A DNA stretch of 20,423 nt, from contig JBBDRO010000017.1 of NCBI GenBank assembly GCA_040905425.1, positions 1-20,423 on the forward strand, given 5' to 3'. The stretch comes from Gemmatimonadota bacterium. GTDB lineage: Bacteria > Gemmatimonadota > Gemmatimonadetes > Longimicrobiales > RSA9. The translations under genes and the position numbers were made by a program. This document shows positions 8,954-17,243 of this stretch, one piece after another (position 1 is the stretch's first letter; each line of letters opens with the position of its first letter). The notes beneath the pieces are model-generated. The model was given only the letters and a program-made list of their open reading frames with translations, made no database searches and was not told the DNA's origin.

Positions 8954-9020
8954 GGGCGGGGGCCCCCGGCCCGCGCTCCTGCCTCACGATCCCGAGCTGG
9001 CCGGGGAGTGACGACGTCCG

Positions 9021-9434
9021 TTACACCGTGCCTCGGGGCACCACCCACTCGACGGACTGGCCTGTGGCTATCGCAATCTGGTCGAAATGCGCGTCGTCAT
9101 GCAGGACGACAAGACCCGCCGCCTCAGCCGCTGCCGCCACGATCAGATCCGGGATCGGCAACCGGTGTTGCCCCCTTCGCGCGAGCTCGCCCTGTACGTC
9201 CATCGCCCGGTTCAGCACCCCATCATCCACCGCGACTCGCTCATACGCCTGCGCCCGCCGGGAGCGAATTGTCCGATGATCCTTCGCATTCCGGGCGCTG
9301 TAGAGGATCTCCAGCTCGATGATCGCGCATGTTGCCGCCTGGCCCGCCTGGATCAACTGGTCCAGGCGTGCGCGCACCGACGCGTCCGGCATCCGGGCCA
9401 GCGCGCTCTTGTCCACCAGGTACCGTGCGCTCAC
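9021..9434 (-). CDS. vapC: Type II TA toxin, PIN-domain ribonuclease VapC, 137 aa
   Basis: YLVDKSALAR, ELEILYSAR, PDLIVAAAAE, LHDDAHFD. Acidic PIN residues D8, E42, D96, D114. GTG start overlaps the antitoxin stop (GTGA). Confidence 0.93.
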   Translation of the reverse strand: MSARYLVDKSALARMPDASVRARLDQLIQAGQAATCAIIELEILYSARNAKDHRTIRSRRAQAYERVAVDDGVLNRAMDVQGELARRGQHRLPIPDLIVAAAAEAAGLVVLHDDAHFDQIAIATGQSVEWVVPRGTV

Positions 9435-9646
9435 GGGCCCCAGGCTCCTGCCATCACCTCAGGATCGTCCAGGTCCATGCCCTCCATCGTGCTCAGCGCC
9501 TCGACCTCACGCCGCCGCGCCGCGTCCCGGATCACTTCCAGGAACGCCTCCTCGACGGTCTCTCTCAACGTTGCCGTGCCCAGGATCCGGCGCACCTGCT
9601 CGAACAGCGCCTCGTTGATCTCCACCGTGGTCTTTCGGCTTGCCAT
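9431..9646 (-). CDS. vapB: Type II TA antitoxin VapB (RHH-type), 71 aa
   Basis: RKTTVEINEALFEQVRRILGTATLRETVEEAF is an RHH-like N-terminus. Acidic tail DLDDPEVMAGAW. Directly upstream of and coupled to vapC. Confidence 0.92.
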   Translation of the reverse strand: MASRKTTVEINEALFEQVRRILGTATLRETVEEAFLEVIRDAARRREVEALSTMEGMDLDDPEVMAGAWGP

Positions 9647-9693
9647 ATGCCCCCGATCACACTCGCTGGATATAAGGTATTGGCTCTGAGCTA

Positions 9694-9722
9694 AATCTAG
9701 TCGATAAATATCTCGCTATCAA
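9694..9722 (-). promoter_or_regulatory. Near-consensus sigma70 promoter of vapBC
   Basis: Minus strand TTGATA (9717-9722), 17 bp, TAGATT (9694-9699), in an AT-rich patch. Confidence 0.65.
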
Positions 9723-9795
9723 TCCTACTTTCCACGGTATTCCACCGCCGGCGGGGGCGCGCTTCGGCTACGCACCCCGAACCCGCTCGCTCTCC

Positions 9796-9848
9796 CCTTG
9801 ACAAACGGAAGGACGCATCCCACCCTTCCTTTCGGAAACCGAAAGGAG
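9796..9848 (+). promoter_or_regulatory. Putative sigma70 promoter of padR3 with two operator-like sites and SD
   Basis: TTGACA (9798-9803), 17 bp, CACCCT (9821-9826). Perfect TCCTTTCGG-AAA-CCGAAAGGA at 9827-9847 overlaps SD AAAGGAG (9842-9848). Degenerate site CCTTGACAAACGGAAGG at 9796-9812. Confidence 0.7.
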
Positions 9849-9854
9849 CGACGA

Positions 9855-10235
9855 ATGAGTCCGACCGGCAGGCAGCACCCTACCCCCGAGGAGGCCCGTG
9901 GCGGTGAGGTCATCAAGGGCACCCTGGACCTCCTCATCCTGCGCACCCTGCACGTGGGTCCCATGCACGGCTGGGGGATCACCGAGCTCATCGAGTCCGG
10001 CTCGGACAATCTCCTGTCCGTGAACCAGGGCTCCCTCTATCCCGCGCTCTACCGTCTCGTGCGCAAGGGGCTGCTCCGCTCGAAATGGCGGCAGACCGAA
10101 AACAATCGGCGGGCCCGCTACTACGAGCTCACCGCCGCGGGACGTGAGGCGCTCGGCCACGAGCGCGCCACCTGGGAGCGCCTCTCCCGCGGCGTGAACC
10201 TGGTGCTGGCGGGAGGCCCGGCATGCGAACTCTGA
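9855..10235 (+). CDS. PadR-family transcriptional regulator, acidobacterial type, 126 aa (PadR3)
   Basis: IKGTLDLLILRTL..HGWGI..NQGSLYPALYRL..ENNRRARYYELT. SD AAAGGAG 6 nt before ATG 9855. Confidence 0.94.
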   Translation: MSPTGRQHPTPEEARGGEVIKGTLDLLILRTLHVGPMHGWGITELIESGSDNLLSVNQGSLYPALYRLVRKGLLRSKWRQTENNRRARYYELTAAGREALGHERATWERLSRGVNLVLAGGPACEL

Positions 10236-12856
10236 GGAGCCTCCGGGAACTGGCGCGTCGGCTGCGAGGGACGCTCGGGCGTCGTCGCCTGGAAAAGGAG
10301 ATGGACGAGGAGCTCCGCTTCCACCTGGAGCGCCTCACCGAGCGGAATCTCCGCGCGGGGATGAGCCCGGCCGAGGCGCGGCGGCGGGCCCGCCTTACCT
10401 TCGGCAACCTGGAGGGCACACGGGAGCGGGGCAGGGACGAGCAGCGCAGCAGGCACCTGGAGATGCTGGGGCAGGACGTCCGCTACGCGCTCCGGCTGCT
10501 CCGGCGGAGCCCGGTCTTCACGGCGGCGGCGGTGCTCACGCTGGCGCTCGGGATCGGGCCGAGCACGGCCGTCTTCAGTGTGGTGGACGGGGTGCTGCTG
10601 CGGCCGCTGCCCTACCCGGAGCCGGAGCGGCTGGTGGCCATCGAGGCGCTGGGCTACAAGGGCGAGCTCCTCCACCTCCAGGAGCATGCCCGTACGCTGC
10701 GCGCGGAGGCGGTGGGGTGGCCCGAGTCCTTCGACCTCACCGGCCCGGGTGATCCGGAGCGGGTGGAGGGGGTGCGCGTCACGGCCGGGGCCTTCGACCT
10801 GCTGGGGGTAACCGCCGCCCCGGGGCGCACCTTCGCGGCGGGAGAGGATCGGGCGGGCGCCGAGCCGGTGGTGCTCCTGGCCCATGACTTCTGGGTGCGC
10901 CGCTTCGGCCGGGACCGCGCGGTGCTGGAGCGCACGCTGAGCGTGGACGGCGTGGCGCGGCGCGTGGTGGGGGTGCTCCCGCCGGGGCTCCACCACCCCT
11001 TCGCCGCGCCCGAGGTGGTCCTTCCCGTGACCATGAACCCCGCGGATGCCATCGAGATCTGGAGCCAGACGGCGGGCACGCTGGTGGCGCGTCTCCATCA
11101 TGAAAGCGACGTCCAGTCCGCGACTCGCGAGCTGGCTTCCTTCCTCCCCGCCATGCGCGCTTCGTTCCCGTGGGACATGCCGCCGGACCACGGCAGCGGG
11201 CTGACCCTGACGCCGCTCCAGGAATTCATGGTGGGGGACGCGCGCCCGGGGCTCCTCCTCCTGGGGGCGGCGGTGGCCATGGTGCTGCTCATCGCGTGCG
11301 TGAACGTGGCGTCGCTCCTCCTGGCGCGGGGTGCCGCGCGGCGCGAGGAGGCGGCGCTCAGGGCGTCGCTGGGGGCCACACCGGCGCGGGTGCTCCGGCA
11401 GCACCTCACGGAGGCGCTGGTGCTGGCGGGGCTGGGCGCCGTGGCGGGCGTGGCGTTGGCCCGGGGGCTCCTGGCGCTCCTGCTGGTGTGGCTCCCCGCC
11501 GAGGTGCGGGTGGGCGCCATCGGCATCGACGCCAGGGTGCTCGGCGTCACCGCGCTGGCGTCGGTGGCGGCGGCGGTGGCCATCGGGGTGCTCCCGGCGC
11601 TGAAGGCCCGGGCGTTTGCCCTGCGGGCGGCGGTGGGCGCCCGGGGGCGGGGCGCCACGGGCTCCGGCCGCAGGCGCGCCGGCGGGTTGCTGGTGGCCAC
11701 CGAGCTGGCCGCGGCCACCGTGCTGCTCCTCTCAGCGGGGCTGGTGCTCAAGGGCTTCGCCGGCCTCCTGGCCACGGATCCGGGCTTCCGCACCGAGGGG
11801 GTGGTGGCGGCCACCGTGTCCCCGCCGCTCTACCGCTACCCCTCGGATGACGCCCTGCGCGCCCTGCACGCGGACCTCCTCGAGGCGGCGGCTGCCCTGC
11901 CGGCGGCGGAGGCCGTGGCCCTCACCGATCGGGCGCCGTTCAGCGGGCGGCCCGGCGGGAGCGTCTTCGTCATCGAGGGCCGGCCCCATCCGGCGAGCAG
12001 CGGTGGCGGCTGGCCGTGGGCCGACCTGCGGGGCGGGGTGAGCCCCGCATACTTCGATGTGCTGGACATCCCGCTGGTGGCGGGTCGGACCTTCTCCACG
12101 GCGGATGGCGCGGGGACCGAGCGCGTGGCCGTCGTCAGCCGTCAGCTCGCCGCCAACTACTGGCCGGAGGGTGACGCCCTGGGCGCCCGCTTCACCTTCC
12201 CGGGGGACACGGTGGTCACAGAGGTGGTGGGCATCGTGGAGGACGTGCGGTGGGAGGATCTCACCGGTCCCATGCCCGGCGCGCTCTACCTCTCCATGGC
12301 GCAGTGGGTGAGTCGCGGCCCGGTGGACCTGCTCGTGGCCACCGATGCGGCACCGGCCGCGCTCCGTGCTTCGCTGCGCGCCGCCATCGACCGGGTGGAC
12401 AACGCCACCACGCTGGCCGGGGTCGCGCCCCTGGGGTCGTGGGTCGGCGCCTCCATTCGGGAGCCCCGCTTTACGGCGTTGCTCCTCGGTGCCTTCGCCG
12501 CGGTGGCGCTCCTCCTGGGGGCTGTGGGCGTGTATGGCGTCATGGCCCAGGCTGTGGGGCAGCGCCGGCGGGAGTTCGGGGTGCGCATGGCGCTCGGGGC
12601 CTCCCGCGCGGGTGTGACCGGGATGGTGCTCCGCGAGGCGGGTGCGCTGGCCGTGGCCGGCGTGGGGGTGGGGACACTGGCCGGGCTCGCCGCGGGGCGT
12701 CTGCTCGCCGGGCATCTCCACGGCGTGGCGGCCACGGACCCGTTGGTGTTCGCGGCGGTGGCGGGGAGCCTTTGGGCGGTGGCCCTCACAGCGGCGTGGC
12801 TGCCGGCGCGGCGCGCGGCGCGGGTGGAGCCGGTGTTGGCGTTGCGGGGGGAGTGA
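10223..12856 (+). CDS. ADOP-family duplicated ABC permease with permease-prefix/HAAS-like N-terminus, 877 aa (permease 3)
   Basis: EMDEELRFHLE..GMSPAEARRRARLTFG; QDVRYALRLLRRSPVFT..LALGIGPSTAVFSVVDGVLLRPLPY; IACVNVASLLLAR; RRREFGVRMALGA; PARRAARVEPVLALRGE. 13-bp overlap with padR3; SD GGGAGG. Confidence 0.95.
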   Translation: MRTLRSLRELARRLRGTLGRRRLEKEMDEELRFHLERLTERNLRAGMSPAEARRRARLTFGNLEGTRERGRDEQRSRHLEMLGQDVRYALRLLRRSPVFTAAAVLTLALGIGPSTAVFSVVDGVLLRPLPYPEPERLVAIEALGYKGELLHLQEHARTLRAEAVGWPESFDLTGPGDPERVEGVRVTAGAFDLLGVTAAPGRTFAAGEDRAGAEPVVLLAHDFWVRRFGRDRAVLERTLSVDGVARRVVGVLPPGLHHPFAAPEVVLPVTMNPADAIEIWSQTAGTLVARLHHESDVQSATRELASFLPAMRASFPWDMPPDHGSGLTLTPLQEFMVGDARPGLLLLGAAVAMVLLIACVNVASLLLARGAARREEAALRASLGATPARVLRQHLTEALVLAGLGAVAGVALARGLLALLLVWLPAEVRVGAIGIDARVLGVTALASVAAAVAIGVLPALKARAFALRAAVGARGRGATGSGRRRAGGLLVATELAAATVLLLSAGLVLKGFAGLLATDPGFRTEGVVAATVSPPLYRYPSDDALRALHADLLEAAAALPAAEAVALTDRAPFSGRPGGSVFVIEGRPHPASSGGGWPWADLRGGVSPAYFDVLDIPLVAGRTFSTADGAGTERVAVVSRQLAANYWPEGDALGARFTFPGDTVVTEVVGIVEDVRWEDLTGPMPGALYLSMAQWVSRGPVDLLVATDAAPAALRASLRAAIDRVDNATTLAGVAPLGSWVGASIREPRFTALLLGAFAAVALLLGAVGVYGVMAQAVGQRRREFGVRMALGASRAGVTGMVLREAGALAVAGVGVGTLAGLAAGRLLAGHLHGVAATDPLVFAAVAGSLWAVALTAAWLPARRAARVEPVLALRGE

Positions 12857-12992
12857 GGGGATGCGCCGGGACCGGGGCGGACAGGCTCACGGATGGTCGG
12901 CCACCGCATGCCCGTTCCGGCGCCTCGCGCCCGCGGCCTGCCGCCTTTCGGATCCCGATGCACCTCGAATATGGCGGGGCGGCCGCGTGCCT

Positions 12993-13026
12993 GTCTTGAA
13001 GAAAACCCGGTTTTGAAGGAAAGCCG
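12993..13026 (-). repeat. Tandem 17-bp imperfect direct repeat just downstream of araC
   Basis: Minus strand CGGCTTTCCTTCAAAAC / CGGGTTTTCTTCAAGAC (14/17 identical). Confidence 0.6.
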
Positions 13027-13032
13027 CCCGTT

Positions 13033-13884
13033 TCAGTCGGGGCGGCGCCGGCGCCGATAGCGTCCGGGGGTCCAGCCGGTGGCCTGCCGGAAGGTCCGCG
13101 TGAGGTGCGCCTGGTCCGCGAAGCCGGCGCGGAGGGCCAGCAGGGCAATGGGCTCGTCACCGTCCACGAGGCGCTCGGCCACCCACGCCACCCGGAGGCG
13201 CCGCACGTAGGTGCCGAGTGGGACGCCGTGCGCCGCGCGGAAGGCGGTGGCCAGCCGCGCGGGCTCCACCCCCGCCTCGGCGGCCACCTCCGTCACGGTG
13301 AGGCGCTCGCGGAAGCGGTCGTGGACCAGTTCCACCACCCGCCGCAGCCAGGCGGGGTCCGGCGGCGCGTGGCGCCGGCGTGGCTCCAGGCGCGCGGCCT
13401 CCACCAGCATGCCCAGCGCCAGCGCCTCCGCCGACAGGAGACTCAGGTCGTCACGCCGCCCCACCTCTCGCGCCAGCCGGCGCCCCAGCTGTTCCACCTC
13501 CGCGTGGCGGAAGTGGCTGATACGGTCCAGCACGGCGCCACAGGCGGCGTTGACGCCCGCGTCCGGATGGGGCTGGATCACGAGCACCCGCGCCCCGCCG
13601 GCGAAGAGATGGTTGGCGTGCTTTTCCCCGGCGGGCTCGGTGAAGGTGGTGCCGGGCGGGCAGGGCAGCGCCCGCCGGCGGATCGCCGCGCTGGTGAAGC
13701 GCAGATCGAACCCGCCCTCCAGGATGAGGGCGAAGGTGGTGCGCTCGTGGACGTGCGGCTCGAGGATCGTGGCTCCGGGGAAGCGCGCCACGGTCAGGAG
13801 GAAGCTGCCGGTGTCGGAGACGCTATGCGTCCTGCTGCCCATCTGGACGGGCTCGGCTCCCGCCAGCGAGCGACTGTGGGCCAT
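13033..13884 (-). CDS. AraC-family transcriptional regulator with N-terminal cupin domain, 283 aa
   Basis: Cupin PHVHERTTFALILEGGF. C-terminal HTH pair ending GFADQAHLTRTFRQATGWTPGRYRR. SD GGAGG before ATG 13884; alternative ATG at 13842. Confidence 0.93.
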   Translation of the reverse strand: MAHSRSLAGAEPVQMGSRTHSVSDTGSFLLTVARFPGATILEPHVHERTTFALILEGGFDLRFTSAAIRRRALPCPPGTTFTEPAGEKHANHLFAGGARVLVIQPHPDAGVNAACGAVLDRISHFRHAEVEQLGRRLAREVGRRDDLSLLSAEALALGMLVEAARLEPRRRHAPPDPAWLRRVVELVHDRFRERLTVTEVAAEAGVEPARLATAFRAAHGVPLGTYVRRLRVAWVAERLVDGDEPIALLALRAGFADQAHLTRTFRQATGWTPGRYRRRRRPD

Positions 13885-14063
13885 GGATCCTCCCGCGGGT
13901 TCCGCGCAGGGGCTGCCGGTGCGCGCGCCGGGATGCCGTGTCGTGTCGGCGTCCGAACACGAGGTCCGGTCAGTTTCCCGCCATTCGACGTCACCCTCCC
14001 TGAGAACGCCCCAGCCGGCGGTGGGCTGCACAACGGAGGCCAGGCCATGGGGGACGGATCCTG

Positions 14064-16745
14064 TCACTCCTCCCGCAGCACCCCCGCCGGGTCCACACGC
14101 GTGGCCCGCCGGGCAGGAAGCAGTGCGCTCACCAGGGCCACGGCGGCAAGCAGTGCGGTGATGAAAGCAAAGGTCAGCGGATCGTCCGGCTGCACGCCGT
14201 ACATGAAGCTGCCGACCAGGCGCGTGAGGGCCAGGGCCGCGATCACTCCGGCGCCCAGCCCGAGCGCAACCGGCGCCAGCATGGTCCGGATGACTGTAGC
14301 CAGGACGCGGCCGCGGCCTGCGCCCAGCGCCATGCGTATGCCGATCTCCCGGCGTGTGCGGCCGACCGTGAAGCTGACCACGCCGTAGATCCCGACGGCC
14401 GCCAGGAGCAGCGCCAGCGCGCCGAAGAGCGTCAGCAGCGTGGCGCCCATGCGTTGGGGCATGAGCACCTGGCCGAGCTGCTCGCGCAGCGTGCCCATGG
14501 ACAGCAGCGGCACCTCCCGGTCCACCGCCCGCACCACGTCCTGGATGGCGTTCAGGAGGGGGTCCGTATCTCCGGCTGTACGGGCGAGCAGCGTGAGACG
14601 TTGCGGCGCGGGCCCCTGCGTGAGCGGCATGGTGACGAACGCCGTGCCGGGAGACTCCAGCCCGAACCACTCCATGTCCCGCGCGATCCCCACCACCCGC
14701 ACTTCGCGTGAGCCCAGCTGGAAAGAGGAGCCCAGGGCGTCCCGATCGGGCCACCAACGGGCTGCCATGCTCTCATTGATGAGGGCCACCCAGCCACTCT
14801 CCCGGGTATCGGTGGGGAGCAGCCCGCGCCCGCGGACCACCGTGGCCCCGACAGCGTCGAAGAAGCCGGGTGTCACGAAGTTGTACTCGATGCGCAGATC
14901 CTCCCCCGCCGCTGGCTGGTAGCCAGGCACCTCGATGAAAGTGCCGAACCCGCCGGGTTCGAGGGGCGCTCGCATGGCCAGCGCCGTCGCCTGGACGCCG
15001 GGGAGCCCGGCCGTCCGAGCGAGGATGCGTTCCGACAGGGCGCGCGCCGGATCGCCATCGTACCCCGCCGCGCTCACGTCGAAGGTGGCCAGCGCCAAGC
15101 CATCGGGGTCGTAGCCCTTCTCCGTCCCCATGGCATTGCCAAGGGAGCGGAGGAAGAGGCCGGAGCCGACCAGCAGGATCAGGCAGAGGGCCACCTGCAA
15201 CGCCACCAGGCCTGTGCGTAGTCCGCCACCCACGGAAGCGCCCCGCGCGCCGTCCTTCAGTGCGGAAACCACGTCCGCGCGCCCCCCCTGGAGTGCCGGA
15301 ATGAGGCCGAAGAGGACGCCCGTCAGCACCGACAGCGCGAAGGCAAAGACCAGGAGGCGCCCGTCCAGCCCCGTATTGAGCTGGCTGATGGCCACGCCGC
15401 CGGGGAGGGCGAAGGCGGACAGGGCCCGGAAGAGCGCCCACGCCACCGCCAACCCGGCAGCCCCGCCGACCACCGCCAGCAGGACGGCCTCCGTGAGGAG
15501 CTGCCGGACGAGGCGTCCCCCGCCGGCTCCCAGCGCTACCCGAATGCCCATCTCCCTGCGCCGGGCGGTTGCGCGGGCCAACAGCAGGTTGGCCAGGTTG
15601 GCACAGGCCAGCAGCAGCGTGAAGCCCACCACGCCTGACAGCAGCATCACGAAGCGGGTCATGCCGGCGCCCGCGTTGGTGGGGCGCACATAGCCGTCGA
15701 GCGGGTCGACGGTGACGGAGCGACCCTCATTCAGGTCCGGGTAGTCGGCGGCCAGCTGCCCCGCGATGGTCTCGAGCTCACCCCGCACCTGCTCGACCGT
15801 GGTGCCGGGGGCCCGCCGTCCCACCGCACGGGCAATCCACCGCTGCGCCCGACTGTCGAGCAGCGATGCATCGCGGGCACGGCCGTCGAGCAGGGCCAGT
15901 GCGTCGGTCAGCGGGACGTAGACGTCGGGCGGCCCGCCCAGATCCACCCCACGGAAGCTCTCGGGCGCCACCCCCACCACCGTGAAGGAAGCGCCGTCGA
16001 GTCGGAGCGTCCTGCCCAGGATGCCCCGATCGCTGCCGAACCGGTCGCGCCAGAGCGCGTGGTCCAGCACCGCCACGGGGTCGGCGCCCCCGGCATCCTC
16101 GTCCGCCTGTTGGATGGGGCGGCCGAGCGCCATGGACACGCCCAGCACCTCGAAGAAGTTTCCCGAAATCAGGAACGCGCCCAGGACGTCGGCACCCTCG
16201 TCGGTGGAGATGCTCGTAGACGAAAAGGTGTACGCCGCCAGTCCGGCCAGGGTCGTGGAGCGCTCCCGATAGCTCAGGTAGTCGGGCCAGGAGAGCGTGC
16301 AGCGCGGGTCCCCGTTGCGGCAGGTGGTGTAGACCATGGCCAGCTCGGCGGGTGCGCGGACCGCCGGTTGGCGCAGCAGGGCGGCGTCGGCCACGCCGAA
16401 GATGGCCGTGGTGGCCCCGATGCCGAGGGCCAGAGTGGCCACAGCCGTGACCGTGAAGCCGGGGCGGCGTGCCAGCGCCCGGACAGCGAAGCGCACGTCC
16501 TGAACGATCGATTCAAACCGGTGCCTCCACGCGGCCCGCCGGGCGTGCCGCGTGCCGATGGCGCCCAGCTCCGATGCGATGCGCTCCCGGTCCCCGAAGC
16601 GCTCCCGGGCCCGGCGGAGCGCCTCCTCGGGCCGCACCCCTTCCACCTGCTGGATCTCCTTTGCGCGGAGTTCAAGGTAGAAGTCCAGCTCCTCCTCGAT
16701 GGCCCGCTCCCGGTCCGCGCCGGGACCGTGGCCCCCGCCGCTCAT
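14064..16745 (-). CDS. ADOP-family duplicated ABC permease with permease-prefix/HAAS-like N-terminus, 893 aa (permease 4)
   Basis: IEEELDFYLE..EEALRRARERFGD; QDVRFAVRALARRPGFT..LALGIGATTAIF; LACANLANLLLARATARRREMGIRVALGA; QVALCLILLVGSGLFLRS; PARRATRVDPAGVLREE. Start at ATG 16745 overlaps the padR4 stop (ATGA). Confidence 0.95.
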   Translation of the reverse strand: MSGGGHGPGADRERAIEEELDFYLELRAKEIQQVEGVRPEEALRRARERFGDRERIASELGAIGTRHARRAAWRHRFESIVQDVRFAVRALARRPGFTVTAVATLALGIGATTAIFGVADAALLRQPAVRAPAELAMVYTTCRNGDPRCTLSWPDYLSYRERSTTLAGLAAYTFSSTSISTDEGADVLGAFLISGNFFEVLGVSMALGRPIQQADEDAGGADPVAVLDHALWRDRFGSDRGILGRTLRLDGASFTVVGVAPESFRGVDLGGPPDVYVPLTDALALLDGRARDASLLDSRAQRWIARAVGRRAPGTTVEQVRGELETIAGQLAADYPDLNEGRSVTVDPLDGYVRPTNAGAGMTRFVMLLSGVVGFTLLLACANLANLLLARATARRREMGIRVALGAGGGRLVRQLLTEAVLLAVVGGAAGLAVAWALFRALSAFALPGGVAISQLNTGLDGRLLVFAFALSVLTGVLFGLIPALQGGRADVVSALKDGARGASVGGGLRTGLVALQVALCLILLVGSGLFLRSLGNAMGTEKGYDPDGLALATFDVSAAGYDGDPARALSERILARTAGLPGVQATALAMRAPLEPGGFGTFIEVPGYQPAAGEDLRIEYNFVTPGFFDAVGATVVRGRGLLPTDTRESGWVALINESMAARWWPDRDALGSSFQLGSREVRVVGIARDMEWFGLESPGTAFVTMPLTQGPAPQRLTLLARTAGDTDPLLNAIQDVVRAVDREVPLLSMGTLREQLGQVLMPQRMGATLLTLFGALALLLAAVGIYGVVSFTVGRTRREIGIRMALGAGRGRVLATVIRTMLAPVALGLGAGVIAALALTRLVGSFMYGVQPDDPLTFAFITALLAAVALVSALLPARRATRVDPAGVLREE

Positions 16746-17077
16746 GACGCACCTCCCGCCTCCAGCACCGCCCACACGGCGCGGGCGTGCGCCTCCCAAC
16801 GCGCCCGCTCCGCCTCCATGTGTGCGCGCCCGTCGGCGGTAAGGGTGTAGAATTTGGCACGGCGGCCGGTGTCCGTCCTGCCCCAGCCGGCTTCGAGAAG
16901 GCCGCGCGCCTCCAGGCGGTGCAGGGCGGGGTAGAGCGCTCCCTCCTCCACCGCCAGGGCGTCCCCGCCCGCGGCGCGGATGGAGCGGCCGATGGCGTAG
17001 CCGTGGAGCTTCTGGCCCGCCAGGGTCTGGAGAACGAGCAGATCGAGCGTGCCGGTGAAGAGATTCGATCCGGACAT
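16742..17077 (-). CDS. PadR-family transcriptional regulator, acidobacterial type, 111 aa (PadR4)
   Basis: LFTGTLDLLVLQTL..HGYAIG..EEGALYPALHRLE..TGRRAKFYTLT. Confidence 0.94.
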   Translation of the reverse strand: MSGSNLFTGTLDLLVLQTLAGQKLHGYAIGRSIRAAGGDALAVEEGALYPALHRLEARGLLEAGWGRTDTGRRAKFYTLTADGRAHMEAERARWEAHARAVWAVLEAGGAS

Positions 17078-17164
17078 GGTTCGTCGGGGTCCAGGGGGCG
17101 GAGGCGCGGCCCGTTCGGTGCTGGGCTCGCGGAGGTGTGAGCGGGCAACGGTCGTGCCTACACA

Positions 17165-17214
17165 CCTTGCTGACTTAGGTATAAGCTACGTCGGTGATAC
17201 CTAAGTGGTCAAGG
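17165..17214 (-). promoter_or_regulatory. Putative sigma70 promoter of padR4 with two operator-like half-palindromes
   Basis: Minus strand TTGACC (17207-17212), 18 bp, TAGCTT (17183-17188). Sites CCTTGCTGACTTAGG (17165-17179) and CCTAAGTGGTCAAGG (17200-17214). Perfect inverted arms ACTTAGGTAT (17173-17182) / ATACCTAAGT (17197-17206). Confidence 0.7.
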
Positions 17215-17243
17215 GGTTTATCATGCCCGAACATCGACTTCGA

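Noticed and set aside
13002..13014. AAAACC-C-GGTTTT as a bidirectional terminator between permease 3 and araC
   Set aside because: The stem is too short and AT-rich with a 1-nt loop; the tandem direct repeat explains the sequence better.
13885..14757. 574-aa version of AraC, an apparent fusion
   Set aside because: The upstream part is a low-complexity off-frame read of permease 4; an SD supports ATG 13884.
11..16745. Recent duplication or DNA-level repeats among the four permeases
   Set aside because: Similarity is limited to family motifs and the extracytoplasmic domains are highly divergent, so these are old paralogs.
16746..17165. N-terminal extension of permease 4 (1033-aa call)
   Set aside because: It overlaps padR4 in another frame; the real start is the ATGA overlap at 16745.
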